A DNA stretch of 64,000 nt from an uncultured Acidobacteriota bacterium (GTDB lineage: Bacteria > Acidobacteriota > Thermoanaerobaculia > UBA5066 > Gp7-AA6), in assembly GCA_963725095.1 (NCBI GenBank), contig CAVRXJ010000025.1, positions 407,949-471,948 of the forward strand, read 5' to 3'. Of the stretch, positions 55,067-64,000 are shown one piece after another. How positions within the stretch are numbered: the first letter of the stretch is position 1; every line of letters begins with the position of its first letter. The notes beneath the pieces are model-generated. The model searched no databases. It was not told the DNA's origin and was given only the letters and a program-made list of their open reading frames with translations. A program made the translations under genes and the position numbers.

Positions 55067-57216
55067 TCAAAACGTCAACTCGGGCCGCTCGGGGTAGAAA
55101 CGTCCGCCCGATTCGCCGAGCTGCCGAAGCGATTCGGCGGGCAGGAACCGGGACCCGAAGCGGCCGGCGAGCTCCTTGAGAAATGCGAGCACGTGGTCGA
55201 GCCCCACGGCGTCGGCATAGCGAAGCAGCCCGCCGCGAAACGGCGGGAATCCCGTCCCGAAGATCATCGCCAGGTCGAGCTTGGCGGGCGACGCCACGAC
55301 GCCCTCCTCCAGGCAGAACACGGCTTCGTTGACCATCGGCAGCACCAGGCGCGCTTCGATCGTTTCGAGCGAGAACGGAGGCTCGCGGGCCGGCTCGGCG
55401 CCCAGCGCCGCGTAGGCCTCGCGGGCGGGACCGCGCCGGCTGCCCCCCGCGTAGTCGTAGAAGCCCTTTCCGGACTTTCGGCCGAGCCGTCCCGCTGCGA
55501 CGAGCGCCTCGTCGCCCGCCGCCTTCATGCGGTCCGGGAAGGCGGCCTGCAGCGTCTCTCCGGCCTTGACCGCGACGTCGAGGCCGATGTCGTCTAAGAG
55601 GGCGATCGGTCCCACCGGCATGCCGAAGTCGGTCATGACGCGGTCCACGTCCTCGATGCGGCAACCTTCCTTCACGAGGCGCACGGCCTCCGACAGGTAC
55701 GGGGCGAGGACCCGGTTGACGAGGAACCCGGGCGAGTCCTTGACGACGACGGGGGTCTTGCCGAGGGTCTTCGCCAGCGCGAACACCGTCGCGACGGTCT
55801 CTTCGGAGGTCCGATCGCCGCGGATCACCTCGACCAGCGGCATCTTGTGGACCGGGTTGAAGAAATGCATCCCGATGACGCGGCCCGCTTCGATCGCCCC
55901 GGCCGCGATCTCGCGGATCGGCAGGGTCGACGTGTTCGAGGCGAAGATTTCCTCCCGGGGCACGGCGGCCTCCCAGTCCTTGAGCACCGCCCGCTTGACG
56001 GCGAGCTTCTCGACGACGGCCTCGATCGTGACGTCGCACTGAGGGAAGCCGGAGAAGTCGAGAGTCCCCGAGAGGAGGGCCATCTTGCCCTCCATCTCCC
56101 TCGGGGTGAGGCGCCGTTTCGCCACCGCTTCCTTCCAGATCGGCGCGGCCGCGGCGAAGCCGTGCGCGAGGGGCTTCGGGTCGATGTCCTTCATCCGGGC
56201 CGGGATTCCCCGATCCGCGGCGAGCTGGGCGATGCCGCCGCCCATGAGCCCCGCGCCGAGGACGCCCACGCGGGAAACGGGCCGCGGGAGAACGCCGGCA
56301 GCGGCGCCCGTTTCCTTCTTGATGTCCTCGGTCTGAAAGAAGATCCACAGCAGGTTGCGCTGCACCGGGCCGCCGAAGACGTTTCCGATGTGCCGCGCCT
56401 CGGCCTCGAGCCCTTCGGCGACCGGTTTCCCGTACGCCTCCTCGACCACGGCGAGGGCCTCGAGCGGCGCGGGGTAGTGGCCGCCGGTCTGCTTGAGGAC
56501 GCCCTCCCGGGCCTTCGAGAAGATCAGGCCGCGGCCGATCGGGTTGCCCTCCAGGGCGAGGCCGCCCAGGCTCATCGGGCGGCGCCGCGGCCGGGGCTTT
56601 CCGGCCTTGAGCCTCGCCTCCGCGAACCGCCGCGCGAACTCCCCGAAGATCGGGCGCCGGCACGGCTTCGTCGACCAGCCCGATCTTCTTCGCGCGGCGC
56701 GCGTCGAGCTGCTTGCCGGTCAGGATCAGGTCGAGCGCCGCCTGCAGGCCGACGAGCTTCGGGAGCCGCGTGCATCCGCCCCAGGCGGGAAAAATCCCGA
56801 GGCGCACTTCCGGAAGGCCGATCCGCGACTTCGGCGCGTCGGACATCACGCGGAAGTCGCAGGCCAGCGCCAGCTCCGTTCCGCCGCCGAGGCACACGCC
56901 GCCGATCGCCGCGACGGTCGGGAACGGCAGCGCGGCCAGCTGCTCGAAAAGCGCCTGCCCGCGCTCCACACCGGCGCGCGCCTCCTCGCGTCCGATCTGC
57001 GTGAACTCCTTGACGTCCGCTCCCGGCGATGAAGACGTCCGGCTTGCCGCTCTCGATGAGCAGGCCCCGCAGGCGCGGCTCGCGCGAAAGGCGGACGAGC
57101 ATCTCCGAGAGCTCCGCGAACACCTCGCGCGAGAACTTGTTGACCTTCTCCCCCTCGAGGTCGAAGGTCAGGATGCCGAGGCCGTCCTCCCGCACCTCGA
57201 GCTGGAAGGCCGTCAC
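55067..57216 (-). CDS. fadB: fatty-acid oxidation multifunctional alpha subunit (enoyl-CoA hydratase / 3-hydroxyacyl-CoA dehydrogenase); 2-3 frame breaks
   Basis: The crotonase part [12 protein letters not shown]...[25 protein letters not shown]...[15 protein letters not shown] is in ORFs 56572.. and 55029... The dehydrogenase part [14 protein letters not shown]...ASNTSTLPI...[15 protein letters not shown]...GFLVNRVL is in ORF 55067... The GTG start overlaps the fadA stop. Confidence 0.9.
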
Positions 57217-58483
57217 ATCGCCTCCAGGACGATCGCCCCGCCCTGGCCGCCCCCGATGCACATCGTGGCGAGGCCGAGCGGCGTCCCGCGGCGGCGCATC
57301 TCCTTCAGCAGCGTCGTCACGAGCCGGTTTCCCGAGGAGCCGACGGGATGACCGAGCGCGATCGCTCCCCCGTTGACGTTCGTCTTCTCCCAGTCGATCT
57401 CGCCGACCGGGCCGCGCGTGCCGTACCGCGCGTGCCACGCGGCGGACGGAAAGACGCGCGCGTTGGCCAGGACCTGCGCGGCGAACGCCTCGTTGAACTC
57501 CACGAGGCCGATCTCCTTCCACGCGACGCCGGCGCGCTCGAGCGCCAGCGGAACGGCGACCGCCGGCCCGAGGCCCATCCGCTCCGGTTCGAGGGAGGCG
57601 AACGCGAAGCCGCGGATCTTCCCGAGGGGCTTGAAGCCCCGCGCCTTCGCCGCCTGGGCGCTCATCACGAGTGTGGCGGCGCCGCCGTCGGTGATCTGGG
57701 AAGAGTTGCCGGCCGTCACGGTCCCGAACTTCCGGTCGAAGTACGGCCGGAGCTTGGCCAGGGCCTCCATCGTCTGGTTCTCGCGCACGCCGTTGTCCTG
57801 TGTCGCCATGTCCGCGTAGTCGGGCGGGATCGGCACGGGCACGATCTCCTCCGCCAGCCGCCCGCGCGCCGCCGTCGCCCGCTGGTGGGAGCGCAGGGCG
57901 AAGGCGTCCTGCTCCTCGCGCGAGATCCCGTGCTCCTTGGCCAGCAGCTCCGCCGTCTCGCCCATGTTCAGCCCGCACACCGGGTCCGTCAGTCCCATCT
58001 GGAGGCCCGACCTCCGGCTTGAAGTGCCTGGGGCGGAGCCTCGCGGCCGCGCCGACCCGTCCCGGCAGGTCCCGGGCGGTCAGGACCTCCGCGAAGGCTT
58101 CCCGCCCCTCCTTGGGAAAGAACAGCGGGATGTTCGACATCGACTCGACCCCGCCCGCGATGATCGCCTCGGCGTCGCCCGCGGCGATCCGGTAGGCCGC
58201 GTCGACGATCGACTCCAGGCCCGAGCCGCAGAGCCGGTTGACCGTGTACGCCGGCACGCGCGCCGGCACTCCCGCCCGCAGCGCCGCCACACGGGACACG
58301 TTGACGGCGTCGGGAGGCTCGGCGATGTTCCCGAGGATCACCTGGTCGAGGCCGGCCGGGTCCATGCCCGTCCGCGCCAGGAGCTCGCCGATGACGATGC
58401 GCCCGAGCTCCTGGGCCGGAACGTCCTTCAGCAGGGTGCCGGCGCGGGCGTACGGAGTCCTGAGGCCGTCGACGACGACGACC

Positions 58484-58494
<11 letters not shown>
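57213..58494 (-). CDS. fadA: acetyl-CoA C-acyltransferase (thiolase, beta subunit); frame break near ~58010
   Basis: VNRLCGSGLESI (active-site Cys) is in ORF 56572... NEAFAAQVL...NVNGGAIALGHPVGSSG...MCIGGGQGGAIVLE is in ORF 57213..57998. Confidence 0.9.
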
Positions 58495-60298
<1,804 letters not shown>

Positions 60299-60382
60299 GC
60301 TGACCTCCGCGCCGTGTCGATTCTGTCCCGCCACTCCGGTCGGGTCAAGGTAAAGCGGCGTGATCGCGGATAACATCGCGGC

Positions 60383-60900
60383 ATGGCGGTCGCGCTCCTG
60401 CTGACGACGGCCCTGGCCCTGGTGGGATTCCTCTTCACCTCGGTCCAGGGGTTCACCGTGTCGGCAGGGCTCCAGGCGGGATCGGCGGCGGCGAAGACGC
60501 TCGTGACCCGGCACGTCGGAGTCGCCATCCCGACCGTGCTGCTCTCGCTCTTCTCGCAGTCGATGGTGATCTTCTACTTCATCGGCACCGGCCGCCTCGT
60601 CAAGGACGAGGTCGCCGGCTACGCGGAGGACGACCGGCGGACGGTCCTGCGCGCCCTGTCCGGGTTCAAGAGGCGGACCTCTCCTCCGGCGACCTTCGCA
60701 CTCCTCTCCGCCATCGGCGTCTTCGTCCTCGGCGGCGCCGCGCACACCCGCTTCGTCGCCCCCTGGGTGCACCTGGCCGCCTCCGCCGCGGCGGTGCTGC
60801 TCCACGCCTGGGCGTTTCTCGCCGAGTGGCGCGTCTTCGGCGAGAACACGGTCCTGATGAACGATCCGCGCGCTTTCGCGAGACGCGGGAAGCCCGGAGC
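60383..60900 (+). CDS. hypothetical polytopic membrane protein (3' end uncertain)
   Basis: ORF 60383..61360 starts with four hydrophobic segments (ALLLTTALALVGFLF, IPTVLLSLFSQSMVIFYFIG, ...). Beyond ~60900 it becomes an Arg-rich sequence antisense to the DinB genes, so the real stop was probably lost to an indel. Confidence 0.4.
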
Positions 60901-60910
60901 GAAAGAGCGT

Positions 60911-61463
60911 CTAGGCCGGCGCCCGGACCCCGTATCTCTCCTTCAAGACCGCGAGGTGGTGCCGCGGGTGCCCGACCATGAGGACGGCGAGCGCGCGCAC
61001 CGACGTCGGATGGCCGTTCGCGTCGCCCACCCGCGCGATGGCCTCGGGCGGCAGGTGCCGGAAGAAGAGGCGCATGGCTTGCGCGCAGAGCCGAGAGCTC
61101 CGCCCGGAGGGAAGCGAGGTCGCACGCGTCGTGGCCGCCGGTCGCGGCGTAGTCGTTCTCCTCGAACCCCGGGAGGGGCCTCGCATCGCCGCGCGCGATC
61201 GCGAGCGCCCGGTACCCGAAGACGCGCTCCACGTCGATCACGTGGCCGAGGACCTGCCGGATGCTCCACTTGTCGGGCGCATAGCGATCACGCGACCGCT
61301 CCTCCGAGACGCCGGCCAGCGCCGCGTTCCACTCCGCGGATTGCGCCTCGAGGGCGGTGAGGACGTCCGCCTCCGGGACCCTCGCGACGTACCTTTCGAA
61401 GTAGGTCGCGTACTCGCCCGCCGCCGGCCTCCAGGCCGCGGGGTCCTTCGCGGCTTGCGCCAT
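60911..61463 (-). CDS. DinB-family (four-helix-bundle metal-binding) protein; frame break near ~61090
   Basis: MAQAAKDPAAWRPAAGEYATYFERYV...KWSIRQVLGHVIDVERVFGYRAL is in ORF 60666... VLMVGHPRHHLAVLKERY is in ORF 60911... Confidence 0.7.
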
Positions 61464-61948
61464 CAACCCGAGCGGCCGAGCGCCCGCCGGATGATCGCCA
61501 GGTGATGAAAGCTGTGCCGCACCGCGTGGTCTTCGAGCACGAACTGCGAGGTGAGCGTCGCGTCGGCGTTGAGCGAAACCGCCGCGGCCCGATCGAGCTC
61601 CGCGTCGGAAAAGGCGCGCACCCCGTCGGCCGCCCCCCGGGCATTCGCACGCAGGAGGGCCAGCGTTTCCGCCTTCCCCGCCGCCGCGTGATCCCGCGCG
61701 TGCTTCGCGTTCATCTCCGCGATCCCCGCCCACGTCACGCCGGTCACCGGCTTGCCCGACGCGACGGTCCGCGCCAGGTCCACCTCGATCGGGTAGACAC
61801 TCGCCACGTGGTGGACGACCACGCCGACCGTTCGGCCGTCTCCCGGCACGACGGTCTTCCATTCGGCTTCGGAGAGTCCCTCGGCGAAGGCCGCGAGGCC
61901 CTCGGCTCCCTGCACGATCCTCGTCGCCAGCATGTCGGCTCTGCTCAT
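61463..61948 (-). CDS. DinB-family protein
   Basis: Intact 161-aa ORF with the His pattern VVHHVASVY...FVLEDHAVRHSFHHLAIIRRAL. The stop overlaps the next start by 1 nt. Confidence 0.7.
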   Translation of the reverse strand: MSRADMLATRIVQGAEGLAAFAEGLSEAEWKTVVPGDGRTVGVVVHHVASVYPIEVDLARTVASGKPVTGVTWAGIAEMNAKHARDHAAAGKAETLALLRANARGAADGVRAFSDAELDRAAAVSLNADATLTSQFVLEDHAVRHSFHHLAIIRRALGRSG

Positions 61949-62028
61949 GAAGCGAAATATACGTCAACGGGCGCCGTTCGACGAACGTCCGTCAAGGGGC
62001 GCGGCGAAGCGTTACGATCTCCACGGCC

Positions 62029-62769
62029 ATGAGTCCCCTTGCGCTCGCCGGAAAGACGGCCCTGGTGACGGGCGCCGGCGTGCGCGTCGGGCAATCCGTG
62101 GCCTGGGCCCTCGCCCGGGCCGGCGCCGACGTCGCCGTTCACTACCGCGCGTCCGCCGGGCCTGCGGAGGAGCTGGCGGACCGGATCCGCGCCGAGGGAC
62201 GGCGAGCGGTGACTGTGGACGGCGACTTGGCCCTGCCTCAGGATTGCCGCCGGGTCGTTCGGGGGTGCCTGGACGGCCTCGGAGCGATCGACCTGCTCAT
62301 CCACTCCGCCGCGAACTTCCACCGGCGCTCGCTGGCCGAGACCGACGAACTTCTCTGGGACTCGGCCCTGAACGTCAATGCCCGGGCCGGATTCCTCCTG
62401 GCGCGGGAAGCCGCGCCCATGCTGCGGGAACGGCGCGGCCGCGTCGTCCTCCTTTCCGACCGCATGGCCACGCATCCGGCCCCCAACTACCTGGCCCATT
62501 CCGTCTCAAAGGCCGCGGTCGAGGGGCTCGTCCGCGCGCTCGCCGTGGAGTTGGCTCCCGAGGTCTCGGTCAACGGGATCGCGCCGGGAGCGGTCCTCGT
62601 CCCCGAGGGCACCACTCCGGAAGTCGCCGCCCGCTGGGCCAGGAAGGTGCCGCTCGGGCGCCTCGGAGATCCCGACGACGTCGCGAGCGCCGTGCTCTTC
62701 TTCTGCGCCGGGCCGGCGTATGTGACGGGGCAGATCCTCGCCGTCGATGGCGGGCAAGGGTTGGGCTAG
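62029..62769 (+). CDS. short-chain dehydrogenase/reductase (pteridine-reductase-like)
   Basis: Intact 246-aa ORF with TALVTGAGVRVGQSVA (a TGxxxxxG variant), the catalytic NYLAHSVSKAAV (YxxxK), and a PG motif IAPGAV. Confidence 0.85.
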   Translation: MSPLALAGKTALVTGAGVRVGQSVAWALARAGADVAVHYRASAGPAEELADRIRAEGRRAVTVDGDLALPQDCRRVVRGCLDGLGAIDLLIHSAANFHRRSLAETDELLWDSALNVNARAGFLLAREAAPMLRERRGRVVLLSDRMATHPAPNYLAHSVSKAAVEGLVRALAVELAPEVSVNGIAPGAVLVPEGTTPEVAARWARKVPLGRLGDPDDVASAVLFFCAGPAYVTGQILAVDGGQGLG

Positions 62770-62779
62770 ACCCACCCCC

Positions 62780-63367
62780 TCAAGCCGGCGCGGCGCGCCC
62801 CGGGTTTCCGGCGTCGGGCCGGAAATCCTGCTGCTCTTCGCGAAGCCTTGCCGCAAACCGCCGCATCGTGTCGCGGCGCGCCTCCGCGAGCGCGCGGCCG
62901 CTCTCCGTGCGCAGGGGCAGCCGCGCGGACTCCTCGATCGCGTCGGCCATCTCGAGAAAGTCCTGCCGTTCGCGGTATCCCTCGAGCAGGCGCCGGGCGA
63001 TCCCCGTCGCACCGAGCCCCTCCAGGCGCACGGCGTCGTGCACGACGGCCTCCTCAGGGGTCTGCGGATCCGTGTCGAACCGCGAAAGGCCCCGGAACAC
63101 GGCCCGGATGCCCGCCGGCGCGAGCGGCAGGGAGGCCAGGAAGAGCTCGGTCAGGCTGCGATGGCCCATCCGCGAAACCCACTTCTCCTGGCCGGAGAAC
63201 ATGGCGAGCAGGTAGAGGAGGTCGCGATCGAGCGTTCCCATCCCCGCCGCGATCCGCTCTGCGGCGCGGACCACGCGCTCGGCATCCCCAAAGTAGGTCA
63301 CGCCGTCCAGCCCGACGGCGATGGGTCGCACGTACTGCTCGATCTGACGCCGCCGGACCGCGTCCAT
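62780..63367 (-). CDS. hypothetical protein (possibly HD-superfamily-like)
   Basis: Intact 195-aa helical ORF. VVHDAVRLEGLGATGIARRL resembles the distal HD-domain motif, but the assignment is weak. Confidence 0.4.
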   Translation of the reverse strand: MDAVRRRQIEQYVRPIAVGLDGVTYFGDAERVVRAAERIAAGMGTLDRDLLYLLAMFSGQEKWVSRMGHRSLTELFLASLPLAPAGIRAVFRGLSRFDTDPQTPEEAVVHDAVRLEGLGATGIARRLLEGYRERQDFLEMADAIEESARLPLRTESGRALAEARRDTMRRFAARLREEQQDFRPDAGNPGRAAPA

Positions 63368-63404
63368 AGCCGCGATGGTACACGGGCCGCCCTGGCCGGA
63401 TCTC

Positions 63405-63866
63405 CTAGCTCGGAGGACCGCCCGGCCGGCCCGCCGGCGTGTCCTGCCCTCGCATCTGGCGCCTCCGCTCGCGGATGTCCTCGCGGATCTGCGAGAGACG
63501 CTTCCATTGCTCGGGGCTCAAGACCTGCTTCATGTCCAGGATCATCAGGGCGCGAGCCTTTTGAAGATCCTTGCGCGCGTTCTCGACCTCGTCGATCCGC
63601 CTTTCGACCTCCGCGCGGTCGGCGCCCTTGTCGTCCAGAGCGGTCTGCAGGCCAAGCTGCTTCTTCTCGAGGTCGGCCTTCAGGTCGATCAGGCGCGGCC
63701 GCGCGCCCCGGAAGATCTTCTCGATCCGGTCGGACTGCTCGGCCGTCAGGCCGATCTGCTCCGCGATCCGGGATCGCTTCCACCACTTGCCGTCGGGCAT
63801 CTGCGCCCCGAGGACGAGGGGCAGCGCTCCGGCGAGCAGGAGGAAGGAGAGAACCCGCTTCTTCAC
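63405..63866 (-). CDS. periplasmic Spy/CpxP/ZraP-family (LTxxQ) stress or metal-sensor protein
   Basis: Signal peptide MKKRVLSFLLLAGALPLVLGA. LTxxQ-type motifs GLTAEQSDRI and LSPEQWKRL sit in a coiled-coil body. The GTG start overlaps the upstream stop. Confidence 0.7.
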   Translation of the reverse strand: MKKRVLSFLLLAGALPLVLGAQMPDGKWWKRSRIAEQIGLTAEQSDRIEKIFRGARPRLIDLKADLEKKQLGLQTALDDKGADRAEVERRIDEVENARKDLQKARALMILDMKQVLSPEQWKRLSQIREDIRERRRQMRGQDTPAGRPGGPPS

Positions 63867-64000
63867 AGGGACTCCCGCTCGGCTCCGGGCTCCGCCGCGA
63901 GGCCGTCCCAGACGCCGCCATCCTCTCCGCGCGAAAGCTGCGCCACCTGCCGAAGCAGCGCGTCGTCGGCCGCATCCTGAGGCGAGAGCTCCGAGGCCTG
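63863..64000 (-). CDS. 3' end of an unidentified gene (partial, continues past the window end)
   Basis: Manual minus-strand translation gives ...QASELSPQDAADDALLRQVAQLSRGEDGGVWDGLAAEPGAERESL*, with the stop overlapping the next gene's GTG. This is consistent with an operon partner of the Spy/CpxP-like gene. Confidence 0.3.
   Translation of the reverse strand, partial: QASELSPQDAADDALLRQVAQLSRGEDGGVWDGLAAEPGAERESL

Overview
This is a very GC-rich, almost fully coding bacterial chromosomal window. I recognise about 55 protein genes and one tRNA-Lys(UUU). I saw no rRNA, CRISPR array, transposase, integrase or phage genes.

Gene content in order:
- mutS (partial), tsaB-rimI, a DUF465 gene, and psd-pssA for phospholipid synthesis.
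- A lipoprotein gene coupled to a giant NtrY-like sensor kinase.
- hutU-hutH, purA and tRNA-Lys.
- A compositionally atypical secreted CBM-like protein, a membrane protein and a small CuA-type cupredoxin.
- A POT peptide transporter and a Kef-type K+/H+ antiporter.
- A heme-biosynthesis supercluster: hemX-A-C-D-B-L on the minus strand and hemE-N-H-Y on the plus strand, separated by yceI and acnA.
- A tightly packed minus-strand six-gene metal/redox operon: molybdopterin oxidoreductase, CDF transporter, cytochrome c, Cys/His-rich small protein, His/Met-rich barrel-like protein, and a CopA-type ATPase with TRASH and HMBD domains.
- A MoaD/ThiS-like protein paired with a BNR/Asp-box propeller.
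- A micro-ORF, a small helical protein and a TPR protein, lying divergent from a fused double-M16 peptidase.
- An alcohol dehydrogenase, DUF962, an IscA-like gene, thiD and a small asparaginase-like gene.
- A fadD-fadA-fadB-fadE beta-oxidation operon, two DinB-family genes, an SDR, an HD-like gene and a Spy/CpxP-like gene.

Caveat: about two thirds of the recognisable genes can only be rebuilt by joining ORF fragments from different frames. Clean blocks exist, for example about 21.0-30.0 kb. Assembly indel error is the most economical explanation, so gene ends and frameshift positions given here are approximate.

The most interesting candidates are the Mo-enzyme/CDF/cytochrome c/CopA operon, the MoaD-like plus BNR pair, and the micro-ORF/TPR/M16 locus with its structured leader.

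All calls rest on my own reading of motifs in the translations. No database search was run.
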